Shown: one piece after another, positions 12,458 through 22,725 of the stretch
Layout: every line of letters starts with the position of its first letter
Position numbering within the stretch: the first letter of the stretch is position 1
NCBI RefSeq assembly: GCF_000027325.1
Contig: NC_000908.2
Coordinates: forward strand, 90,001-122,000
Source of the DNA: Mycoplasmoides genitalium G37
GTDB lineage: Bacteria; Bacillota_I; Bacilli_A; Mycoplasmatales; Mycoplasmoidaceae
Direction: 5' to 3'
DNA: 32,000 nt
Made by a program: the position numbers and the translations under genes
Notes under the pieces: model-generated
What the model was told of the DNA's origin: nothing
Databases searched by the model: none
Seen by the model: only the letters and a program-made list of their open reading frames with translations

Positions 12458-12870
12458 AGTAATGAAACTAAACCACTAACTAAACTACCAACTAGATAAA
12501 CAATCAAGTTCATCCACCAAAACCCACTAGTTTTTTGTCTGTAAGTTGCACTTTGATCTTGATATTGATTAAAACTAACTAATGGTTTTGCATAAACACT
12601 ACCTAACTTAAGATATCTGTTAAACTTACTAATTTCATACCGCATTCCATCACAAGTTTTTAAACGGAATATCCCCTGTAAACAAACAAGTAATAAGTTA
12701 ACAAAAAAGCTAGTTAGTACTGAATTTTTAACAACCACTGTAAAATTGGTTGACTTGTGAAAATAAATAGTAATGTTTAAGATCAAAAAGAAAAGGATTA
12801 GATAAAATACGCTAACAACTATCCCACCATACTCAGCTTTATTACTGTTTTTGTTTTGATTTAAAACCAT
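12454..12870 (-). CDS. Conserved hypothetical multi-pass membrane protein, 138 aa
   Basis: Minus-strand ORF, ATG = complement of CAT 12868-12870, stop TAG = complement of CTA 12454-12456. Several hydrophobic segments ([19 protein letters not shown]; [14 protein letters not shown]; [21 protein letters not shown]). Fills the largest gap between plus-strand genes. Confidence 0.8.
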
Positions 12871-13013
12871 CTAGTAATCGTTATTAGTATCATTTTTTTA
12901 TAAAATAATCAAGAACATCAGCACATGATCTTTATCACTAAATTTATGTTTGGTTTCAAATGAAGTTGGATTATAAATCCTGCTTTATTGTAATCATGCT
13001 TTAGATTTAGAAG

Positions 13014-13040
13014 CTGGTTACTTTTGTTTCAGGTAACCAG
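13014..13040 (+). promoter_or_regulatory. Upstream hairpin in putative opp leader RNA
   Basis: CTGGTTAC (13014-13021) / 11-nt loop / GTAACCAG (13033-13040), perfect 8-bp stem. Confidence 0.5.
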
Positions 13041-13059
13041 TACCATTTCCAAAAAACTG

Positions 13060-13088
13060 AGAACCTGAAAAAAACAGGTTCTTTTTTT
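13060..13088 (+). terminator. Intrinsic terminator located before oppB
   Basis: AGAACCTG (13060-13067) / AAAAAAA loop / CAGGTTCT (13075-13082), then a T run continuing to 13088. Classic stem plus U-tract, ending 15 nt before the oppB ATG. Confidence 0.75.
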
Positions 13089-13103
13089 ATTTCTATTTAG
13101 TAA

Positions 13104-14327
13104 ATGTTCAAGTATATTCTTAAACGATTAGGACTAGCAGTAGTTGCGATGTTTATCGTAATGTCTATAGTCTTCTTTTTAGTGAACGCTACTGGTAATG
13201 TTCCCTTGTCAGCCACTTCTGCAAGAGATATTGCTGCAGTGCAAGCACAACTACAAGAGTTTGGGTTTAATGACCCTATTATAGTTAGGTATTTTCGCTA
13301 TTGAGCTAAGCTATTTTCCTTTCAAGCTGATGCTTTAGGAATTTATTATGCAAACCCTAACCAAACAATTGGTGAGATTGTGTTTGCAAGAGTACCAAAT
13401 ACCTTATATGTGGTTTTAATCTCTTTTTTAATTGGTTCATTGCTAGGGATCTTTTTAGGGATGGTTTCAGGATTGAATAGAGGGAAGTTTTTAGATGCAG
13501 CAATTAATGTGTTGGTAGTTTTATTTGTATCTATTCCTTCATTTGTAGTGGGATTAGGGTTACTTAAACTAGCAGGATTTTTAAATCTACCACCACGGTT
13601 TATTAACTTTGATGATGCTTTTTTTAGCTTTGATCGTTTCTTGCTTGCATCAATTATCCCGATCCTTTCATTGGTCTTCTATTCATCAGCTGCTTTTACA
13701 TACAGGATTAGAAATGAGGTGGTGGAAGTGATGAATCAAGACTATATTAAAACTGCAAAAAGTAAGGGACTTGGGATGTTTGCTGTAGCTAGGTATCATA
13801 TCTTTAGAAACTCGATTATTCCTTCTATTCCCTTGTTTGTATTTGGAATCTCAGGTGCTTTTTCAGGTGGATTTATTATTGAGTCTTTGTTTGGAGTACA
13901 AGGGGTATCTAGGATCTTAATTGATTCAGTGCAAGTTAATGAAACTAACATGGTAATGTTTAATATCTTGTTTATCCAAGGGATTCCCTTATTAGCAAGT
14001 GTCTTTATTGAATTTATCTATGTTTTAGTTGATCCTAGAATTAGGATTGCAAATAGTTCTAATGTTAGCTTATTAACTAAGTTAAAGTTCTTAAGTTCAA
14101 GACACCAATGGTTAATGAAGTGAAACAAGATTAACAGTGATAATGCCCAAAATATTGTGTTTAACTCGCCACTGCACCACCAGCTATTAGAACTCAATGC
14201 AATTGATTACAAAACAAAAACAGTTCAACTAACAACTGAACAAAAAACTGCTCTCAATATCAGTGCAACTGCTAACTTTATCTTACTTGGTAACAAGTGT
14301 TTAAAACTCAAAACAATCCATGGATAG
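13104..14327 (+). CDS. oppB: Oligopeptide ABC transporter permease OppB
   Basis: ATG 13104 to TAG 14325-14327, 407 aa, merged over TGA at 13302 and 14121 (plus others between). 'MFKYILKRLGLAVVAMFIVMSIVFFLVNATGN', permease EAA-like region 'NEVVEVMNQDYIKTAKSKGLGMFAVARYHIFRNSIIPSI'. Confidence 0.95.
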
Positions 14328-15450
14328 AAATAAAAGTTTTGACCCTAACTTATTTAAAAGGGTTGATATCAACTTATTAAAGCGAAATGATCAGCTTATT
14401 GGTAAACCAACTACCAATTCAATAGAAATTATCAAGCGCTTGTTTCAAAACAAGTGGGCCATCTTATTTTTTCTTTTAATAGTTGTTATTGTGCTATTAG
14501 CAATTATTGTGCCTTTAACTTCCCCTTTTTCAGCAGTAACTCCTGTTTCAACCAATGCCTTAGCACAAAATCTACCACCACGGTACTTATGGCATAAACC
14601 AGGTGACATTTTAGTTCATAAGATTACAGCAAGATCAATTGCTGAAATCTCTCAAGCTAGTGGAGTTTTAGTAGGAACATTACCTAGTGCAAATAGTAAT
14701 CCCTTAGCAACTAATGTCCAGTATGATATTGCTCCTTTTCAACTCCAAGAATTGCGTAATTATTTCCCTTTATTGGGGACTAATGGACTTGGGATTGATA
14801 TTTGAACCTTGTTGTGAGCTTCTGTTGCCAAGTCATTGTGAATTGCAGTAGTAGTAGCAATTATAGCAATGGTGTTTGGAACCATTTATGGAGCGGTTGC
14901 TGGAAGCTTTGTTGGACATATGGCTGATAACATTATGAGTAGGATCATTGAGATTATTGATATAGTCCCTTCTATTCTTTGAATTATTGTCTTAGGAGCT
15001 ACATTCCGCTTTGGTGGGGTTAAACAATTTGATGATAGTGTTGTAATCTTTACTTTAATCTTTGTGTTTTGAACATGACCTGCTACTACAACCAGAATTT
15101 ACATTTTGAAAAACAAAGATACAGAGTACATCCAAGCAGCTAAGACCCTAGGGGCACACCAAATCAGAATTATCTTTGTTCATATGTTACCTGTTGTATT
15201 TGGGAGATTAGCTGTTGTGTTTGTTAGTTTAATCCCAGCAGTTATTGGTTATGAAGCTTCCTTAGTTTTCCTTGGGTTAAAACCAGCTACTGATATTGGC
15301 TTAGGGGCACTTTTAAACCAAGTAACTTCAAGTGATAATGTAGCTTTAATCTTAAGTTCGATTGTTAGCTTTGCAGTTTTAACAGTAGCAGCTAGAACAT
15401 TTGCTAATGCTTTAAATGATGCAATTGACCCTAGGGTTGTAAAACGATAA
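14320..15450 (+). CDS. oppC: Oligopeptide ABC transporter permease OppC
   Basis: ATG 14320 to TAA 15448-15450, 376 aa, with several in-frame TGA codons (e.g. 14803, 14815). EAA-like loop 'MKNKDTEYIQAAKTLGAHQIRIIFVHMLPVVFGRLAVVFVSLIPAVIGYEASLVFLGLK'. Confidence 0.95.
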
Positions 15451-15451
15451 A

Positions 15452-16660
15452 ATGGCACTTAAAAGAAGTAATTTCTTTGTTGATAAAGACCAACAACTAA
15501 AGGATAATTTGATCTTAGACATCACTGATTTACATGTTAACTTTAAGGTTAAAGATGGGATCTTACATGCTGTTAGAGGGATTGATCTTAAGGTAGAGAG
15601 GGGTAGTATTGTAGGGATTGTAGGTGAATCAGGCAGCGGTAAATCAGTGAGTGTTAAATCAATTATTGGTTTTAATGACAATGCACAAACTAAAGCCAAA
15701 CTGATGAACTTTAAAAACGTTGATATTACCAAACTAAAGAAACACCAGTGGAAGTATTATAGAGGGACATATGTCTCTTATATTTCCCAAGACCCATTGT
15801 TTTCTCTAAACCCAACAATGACGATAGGAAAACAAGTAAAAGAAGCGATTTATGTGGCTTCAAAAAGAAGGTATTTCCAAGCTAAATCAGACTTAAAATT
15901 TGCTTTATCAAATAAGGAGATTGACAAAAAAACTTATAAAAGTAAACTAAAAGAGATCAAACAAACCTACCAACAAAAAATAAAACCTATCAATGTAGAG
16001 AAAAAAACCTTAGAGATCCTGCAGTTCATTGGTATTAATGATGCCAAGAAACGTTTAAAGGCATTCCCAAGTGAGTTTTCAGGAGGGATGAGACAGAGAA
16101 TTGTGATTGCTATTGCAGTAGCAACTGAACCTGATTTAATTATTGCTGATGAACCTACTACTGCACTTGATGTAACTATTCAAGCTAAGGTATTAACTTT
16201 AATTAAACAACTCCGTGATCTACTTAATATCACTATTATCTTTATTAGTCACAATATCTCTTTAATTGCTAATTTCTGTGACTTTGTTTATGTTATGTAT
16301 GCAGGGAAAATTGTAGAACAGGGTCTGGTTGAAGAGATCTTTACAAATCCACTCCATCCCTATACATGGGCATTGATTTCTTCAATTCCTGAACAGAAAG
16401 ATAAAAACAAACCACTAACTTCTATCCCTGGAGTTATTCCTAACATGTTAACCCCACCAAAGGGTGATGCTTTCGCTAGTAGAAACCAATATGCTCTAGC
16501 AATTGACTTTGAATACCATCCACCCTTTTTTGAAGTTACTAAAACCCATAAAGCAGCAACTTGATTGCTGCATCCCCAAGCCCCTAAAGTTGAACCACCT
16601 CAAGCGGTTATTGATAACATTACCTTAACCAAAAAAGCACTGCAATTTAAAGATCAATAA
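15452..16660 (+). CDS. oppD: Oligopeptide ABC transporter ATP-binding protein OppD
   Basis: ATG 15452 to TAA 16658-16660, 402 aa, TGA=Trp at 16562. Walker A GESGSGKS, Q-loop YISQDPLFSLNP, signature FSGGMRQR, Walker B LIIADEPTTALD. Confidence 0.97.
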
Positions 16661-19206
16661 TGGAAAACCAAAACACAAAAAAACCACTTGTTAATGTTAA
16701 GGCTTTGAGCATGATGTTCAAGGTCAGAGGAACTCTTTTTAAAGCCCTTGATGAAATTGGTTTTACTGTTAATGAAGGGGACTTCTTTGGGGTTATTGGT
16801 GAGAGTGGTAGTGGTAAATCAACCACGGGAAAATGTTTGATTAGATTAAACATTCCTAGTGGTGGAAAGATTGAGATTGCCAACCACTTACTCTCAGGAA
16901 AAAAACTTACTAAAGAGAATAACCAGTGGTTAAAACAAAACATCCAAATGGTGTTTCAAGACCCTTATTCATCTATTAACCCTACTAAAAATGTGCTAAC
17001 TGTGATTTCAGAACCGCTGGTAATTAGTAAAACTGTTTTTGGGGAAACAAAACAATACTTAAAGAGTTTGCAAAAGCTCTCTTTTAAAGTAAAGAAAACA
17101 TTGTTAAGGAATGATATTGAACTTGAAACCAAGTTTCACAATAACTTTTTTAAAACCGTTATTAAGCAAATTAATGAATCATTGTTTAACTTTGAAGATC
17201 TTGATTACAAGGATTTAAAACCATCACATTTAAGGCAAAGAATCATAAATGAAACAGATAAATTCATTGAAAAAATTAGAAGTGAGTTTGCCCTTTTTTA
17301 TGATTTTTATGCTAACCAATCAGTACCCTTGCAAAAGGCATTAGATGATGCGAATTCCTCTTTAACACCATCTAGTGTTATTGAGTTAAAAAACCAGTTA
17401 AAAGCATTACAAAAACAAGCAAAGATTTCAAAGGCAGCATGGGATATTTTACAAGCCCTAAAGCAAAACCAAAAGGAGTTGAAAGATTATGAAAATTATG
17501 TCCATTTTGAACTCCAAAAAAAGCCACGAATCTATCTTAATACCTGACTTTTAACAACCAAAAGCTACATTAAAGATTCCAAGCAAAACATGCAGCTTAC
17601 TGATGATATCTTTGCTTTTTCATATAACAGTATGGTTGACAAGAAAAGAAACTTGGTTTTAATTCTTTCTAAATACTATAAGCTGTTACCTTATTTCTAT
17701 GACCAATCAGTATTTGATAATGCTGATCAATTTGATGAAATTGCTAACCTTATCTTTTTTGATTTAGTTGAAACATTGCTTGGTGTAACTAGTTTATTTA
17801 ATGATGCATTAGCAGCTGATAAAGTCCCACTAATTAAGTTTGCTAAGTTCTTAAATAAGTTATGTGACTTGCGCTTTTTAACCTTAAAAAAGAGCTTTAA
17901 AAAAACAAGAGTAAGTTGTAGCTTTAGTTTTAACAGTGAACCTGAAATCTTGTTTGCCAACAGCTGCTATGATTTGCAACAAATGCCTCAAATCATTAAA
18001 CCCTTTTGAGAGAAGCTTTTTAATGAACAGAACTACCAAAAGATTATTGATTCAGTTTCAAGACTGAATGTAATGATTGCAAATTACATTACCAAAGCTT
18101 TTGAAATTAAAAAAACTATTGATGAAAAACTAAGGGAGTTTAAACAACAAAATTTAGCTTTAAAAAAAGCTTATTCAGCTAACAAGAAAAGTGAGGCAAA
18201 CAAAGCTTCCATTAATGAGTTAAAAGTCAATTTAAAAACACTTAAAAAACAGCTTAAACAAGAGAAAAATACTACTAAAAAACAATCAAAAAAGGAATTA
18301 AAACCACTTTTAAAAGAACACCATACTGCTTTAAAACTCCATGATGAGTTTAACCATGATTTACGCAAGTGGTTCAAAAAACTTAACTTTATGGTTAAGA
18401 AATACAACCGACTGGAAAACAGCCAGAAAAAGTTTTGTTTAGTTAAAAAGTTAAAAGCGCTTTTCAAAAAACAGGATGAAACACTGCAAAGTGAATTAAG
18501 ACCAAAACTAAAAACATTTGGTGTAATTAACTTTGAGTACAAACGTGCAGTCAAAGAGTCCAATGTCTTTCGATTGGTGCATTTTGCTAAAAATATCTTT
18601 AAACCATTCTTGTTTTTTAACCTCACCAAGATTTTTATGAGAAATAAGGTCTATGAAGCACTTGATAGTGTTGGTTTAAAAAGAGAACATGCTTACAGAT
18701 ACCCCCATGAATTTTCAGGCGGACAAAGACAAAGAATTGCTATTGCCCGTGCTTTAATCACTAAACCCAAACTGATTATTGCAGATGAATTGATTAGTGC
18801 ACTTGATGTTTCTATCCAAGCCCAAGTTATTAACATCTTGAAAGACTTGGCTAAAAAACACAACTTAACTGTGCTTTTCATTGCCCATGATTTATCAATG
18901 GTGCAAACTGTTTGTAACCGTTTGATCATTATGCATAGGGGCAAGATTGTTGAACGGGGCAGTGTGGATGAGATCTTTTCAAATCCAGTTCATCCCTACA
19001 CCCGTTCCCTAATAAAAGCATCTCCTAAGTTAAGCAAAATCAATGTTGATCTCGCTTCTTTTGATGAAAACTTCACTTATGATAGTGATTATTCACTAAC
19101 CAATATGCCCTTTTATATTAAAGTTCCTAACAGTGAAGAACATGAACTTTACTGTACTCAAAAGCAATTTGATAGTTGAATCAAAGAGGCTACGCCGATA
19201 AATTAA
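16660..19206 (+). CDS. oppF: Oligopeptide ABC transporter ATP-binding protein OppF, greatly enlarged by an internal insertion
   Basis: ATG 16660 to TAA 19204-19206, 848 aa, through TGA codons at 17545, 18007 region and 19177. Walker A GESGSGKSTTGK, Q-loop QMVFQDPYSSINPT, signature FSGGQRQRIAIARAL, Walker B LIIADELISALD; about 585 aa separate Q-loop and signature. Confidence 0.95.
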
Positions 19207-19224
19207 TTTAAAATTTTCCAAAAA

Positions 19225-19254
19225 TGTGGGAGCTAATTAAGCGTTTGTACCACA
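19225..19254 (+). promoter_or_regulatory. Possible L1-type autoregulatory leader structure upstream of rplK
   Basis: TGTGG(GAG)...(GTA)CCACA: TGTGG 19225-19229 pairs with CCACA 19250-19254, with asymmetric GAG / GUA interior, 7 nt before the rplK ATG. Confidence 0.45.
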
Positions 19255-19261
19255 GCAAAAT

Positions 19262-19675
19262 ATGGCTAAAAAAACAGTTACAAGAATCGCTAAGATTAAC
19301 CTAATTGGCGGACAAGCAAAACCTGGCCCTGCGCTTGCTTCTGTAGGGATTAATATGGGTGAGTTTACCAAACAATTTAATGAAAAAACCAAGGATAGAC
19401 AAGGTGAAACGATCCCTTGTATAATCACTGCTTTTAACGATAAATCATTTACTTTTGTCTTAAAAACTACCCCTGTTAGTAACTTAATTAAACAAGCTGC
19501 TAAACTAGAAAAAGGTGCTAAAAATGCAAAAACTATTGTTGGAAAAATCTCCTTACAACAAGCTAAGGAGATTGCGCAATACAAGTTAGTTGATCTTAAT
19601 GCTAACACAGTTGAAGCAGCATTAAAAATGGTGTTAGGTACAGCTAAACAGATGGGAATAGAGGTAACTGATTAA
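19262..19675 (+). CDS. rplK: 50S ribosomal protein L11
   Basis: 137 aa; '[34 protein letters not shown]', '[20 protein letters not shown]' type sequence. Confidence 0.98.
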
Positions 19676-20355
19676 TGAAAAAACTATCAAAAAGGATGCA
19701 AGCTGTTACCAAGCTCATTGATAAAAACAAACTTTATCCTATCCAAGAAGCATTTGAATTAATTAAAAAAACAGCAATTACTAAGTTTGTCAGTTCAGTT
19801 GATATTGCTGTTAGTTTAAACCTTGATACTACTAAAGCTGAACAACAGTTAAGAGGTGCAATTGCTTTTCCTTTTAGTATTGGTAAATCTATCAGAATTT
19901 TAGCTATCACTGATGATGAGAAAAAAGCTAGTGAAGCAGGTGCTGATTTTGTTGGTGGGCTTGATAAGATAGAAGCGATAAAAAATGGCTGATTAGATTT
20001 TGATCTAATTATCACTTCTCCCAAGTTCATGGGAGCATTAGGTAAACTAGGAAAACTATTAGGAACCAGGGGATTGATGCCAAACCCAAAAACTGAAACA
20101 GTTACTGATGATGTAGTTAGTGCTATTAAAGCTTATAAAAAGGGTAAGAAAGAATATCGAACTGATTCATTTGGCAACATCCACCTCTCTTTAGGTAAAA
20201 CAGATACCAAAACTGAGCACTTGGTTGCTAATGCCATGGCTTTAATAGATTTAATTAAGTCTAAACGTCCTAGCACAGTCAAAGGTACTTACATTAAAAA
20301 TATTGCTTTGACAACAACAATGGGACCAAGTTTAAAAGTAAAGCTACCTGATTAA
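19675..20355 (+). CDS. rplA: 50S ribosomal protein L1
   Basis: 226 aa merged over TGA=Trp at 19990; 'VDIAVSLNLDTTKAEQQLRGAIAFP', 'MGALGKLGKLLGTRGLMPNPKTETVTDD'. Start overlaps the rplK stop (TAATG). Confidence 0.98.
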
Positions 20356-20924
20356 TGCCCACCTATAAACTAATTGTTGGTTTAGGTAACTTAGGTAAAA
20401 AGTATGAGAAAACTCGCCATAATGCTGGTTTTATGGTGTTAGATAGACTAGCTAGTTTATTCCACTTAAACTTTGATAAAACCAACAAGTTAGGTGATTA
20501 TCTTTTTATTAAAGAAAAAGCAGCAATCTTAGCAAAACCTGCTACCTTTATGAATAATAGCGGTCTTTTTGTGAAATGGTTACAAGATCACTTTCAAATT
20601 CCGCTTGCAAACATAATGATAGTCCATGATGAAATAGCGTTTGATTTGGGAGTAATTAGGCTTAAAATGCAAGGGAGTGCTAACAATCATAATGGCATAA
20701 AATCAGTAATTAGACATTTAGATACTGAACAGTTCAATCGTTTACGCTTTGGGATTAAATCACAAAATACGAGTAACATATTGCATGAACAGGTAATGAG
20801 TGAATTCCAGAATAGTGAACTGACTAAACTGGAAGTTGCGATTACAAAGTCTGTTGAACTGTTGAAGCGTTATATTGAAGGAGAAGAGTTACAAAGGTTA
20901 ATGGAATATTATCATCATGGCTAG
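20355..20924 (+). CDS. pth: Peptidyl-tRNA hydrolase
   Basis: 189 aa; 'LIVGLGNLGKKYEKTRHNAGFMVLDRLA', 'LAKPATFMNNSG', 'MIVHDEIAFDLGVIRLKMQGSANNHNGIKSV'. Confidence 0.97.
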   Translation: MPTYKLIVGLGNLGKKYEKTRHNAGFMVLDRLASLFHLNFDKTNKLGDYLFIKEKAAILAKPATFMNNSGLFVKWLQDHFQIPLANIMIVHDEIAFDLGVIRLKMQGSANNHNGIKSVIRHLDTEQFNRLRFGIKSQNTSNILHEQVMSEFQNSELTKLEVAITKSVELLKRYIEGEELQRLMEYYHHG

Positions 20925-21789
20925 TGAAAAACAATATATAGCAGGGGTTTCAGGTGGATCTGATTCAATGCTAATGCTTAAACTTTACCAAAAGAAGATT
21001 GCTTGTGTTGTTCATGTCAATTACAACACCAGATCAACCTCATTACGTGATCAAAAGTTAGTAGAACAATATTGTCAAAAATTAAATATTCCACTGGTTG
21101 TTCACACTGTTGATCCTGATCTAGTTTGAAAGAAGAACTTTCAAAATCAGGCACGGAAAATCCGCTTTGATCAGTTTAAAAAGACTGCAAAGCTATACCA
21201 GACCAACAAGTTATTATTAGCTCATCACCGTGATGATTTCATTGAGCAGGCCAAAATGCAACTAGATGCAAAAAAACGTGCTGTTTACTATGGGATTAAA
21301 ACCAGGTGTGAATTGTATGGTTTGAAAATCTACCGTCCCCTAATGAAATACTGAAAAGATGAAATCATTGCCCTCTGTAGACAAGACCATATCCCTTATG
21401 AGATTGATGAAACTAACAAGTTACCTATTTATAAGCGCAATGAAGTGAGGTTAGAGATAGAAAAATGGTCTAAAATCGAAAAAGAACAGTTTTATATTGC
21501 TATCTGTGCAATGAACAAAACAATTGCTCAAAAACTGTTTGTATTAATGAAAAAAGCTAAAAAATGGTTATTACAACCTGATGTTAGGGAATTGAAACGG
21601 TTTTCAATTATTGATCAAAAACAGTTAATTTATAGCTATCTTATTTATCACAAGATTAATGTTAATGGTGAGAAAATTGATGCTATCCTTGATTTTATCC
21701 AACCTAGTCAACAAAAACAATACCGCTTGCAAAACGATATCTTTTTGATGGTGAAAAACCAGTGTTTAGCACTTTTATACAAAAGCTAA
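20917..21789 (+). CDS. tilS: tRNA(Ile)-lysidine synthetase, compact form (290 aa)
   Basis: PP-loop 'AGVSGGSDSMLMLKL', 'HVNYNTRSTSLRDQKLVEQYC'; merged over TGA codons (e.g. 21127). Stop TAA 21787-21789. Confidence 0.92.
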
Positions 21790-22725
21790 ATGAAACATTT
21801 AACTGTCAAAGCATTAGTTTTGCAATTTAATGATTGTATCCAACTCATTGATGGTAAAAACAACATAGATAATGTGATTACTATCCCTGGGTTAAAAAGG
21901 AGTGTTTTTGAACTATTAGGACTATTTTGTAAGCCAATTGGTTCAGTTGCTATTTTAGGTAAACGTGAATTTATTTTTTTAAATCAAAAGCCAGTTGAGC
22001 AACAGAAAAAGATTATTGCAAACCTCTTGAAACTCAAACCACCTGCAGTTATTCTAACCAAGTCATTTCTTGATTGTGGTGTTTTGTTAGCTGTTAATCA
22101 AACTTATCAAGTTCCTATTTTAAAAACTAACTTGTTTTCAACTGAACTCTCTTTTACTGTTGAAACCTATATTAACGAGCAATTTGCTACTGTTCAAAAG
22201 TTACATGGGGTTTTACTTGAAATCTTTGGTGTTGGGGTATTTTTAGAAGGAAAGAGTGGGATTGGTAAATCTGAAAGTGCTTTAGATTTAATTAATAAAA
22301 ACCACCTTCTAATAGGTGATGATGCTATTGAGATCTACAGATTAGGCAATAGGTTATTTGGTAGAGCACAAGCACTGGCAAAAGGCTTTATGGAGATTAG
22401 AGGTCTTGGCATCATTAATATTGAACGTGCTTATGGGTTACAGATTACAAAAGAACAAACTGAAATCCAACTAGCAATTAGTTTGTTGAGTTTAGAGGAG
22501 AAAAACAACGCTAGTTTTGAGCGCTTAGGCAGTGATTTAAAACTAAAAAATCTGCTTGGGGTTAAGATTAGTTACTATCAGATCCCTATCTCTTCAGGTA
22601 GAAAAACAAGCGAAATTATTGAAAGTGCAGTAATCGATTTTAAACTTAAGAAAAGTGGTTACAATTCAGCAAACGAGTTTATCTTAAAGCAACGTGCCAT
22701 GTTAGAAGAACAAACTGATGAATAG
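21790..22725 (+). CDS. hprK: HPr kinase/phosphorylase
   Basis: 311 aa; P-loop 'EGKSGIGKSESALDLINKNHLLIGDDAIEIYR' and 'MEIRGLGIINIERAYG'. Confidence 0.96.
   Translation: MKHLTVKALVLQFNDCIQLIDGKNNIDNVITIPGLKRSVFELLGLFCKPIGSVAILGKREFIFLNQKPVEQQKKIIANLLKLKPPAVILTKSFLDCGVLLAVNQTYQVPILKTNLFSTELSFTVETYINEQFATVQKLHGVLLEIFGVGVFLEGKSGIGKSESALDLINKNHLLIGDDAIEIYRLGNRLFGRAQALAKGFMEIRGLGIINIERAYGLQITKEQTEIQLAISLLSLEEKNNASFERLGSDLKLKNLLGVKISYYQIPISSGRKTSEIIESAVIDFKLKKSGYNSANEFILKQRAMLEEQTDE

Noticed and set aside
13014-13103. T-box riboswitch upstream of oppB
   Set aside because: No match to the conserved T-box core (AGGGUGGNACCGCG-like); only the short AACCAGTACC is vaguely similar. I can support only a generic attenuator reading.
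15249-15732. Minus-strand ORFs inside oppC/oppD (and similar ones such as 556..753, 2160..2462, 3597..3926, 5689..5994, 18171..18629, 19237..19608)
   Set aside because: They lie antisense to well-supported genes, have low-complexity or atypical composition, and no recognisable family. They are expected by chance in a low-TAA reverse frame.
16660-19206. OppF split into two or more genes or a pseudogene
   Set aside because: No TAA/TAG interrupts the frame. The ATPase halves carry complementary motifs (Walker A/Q-loop, then signature/Walker B), and all breaks in the track are TGA.
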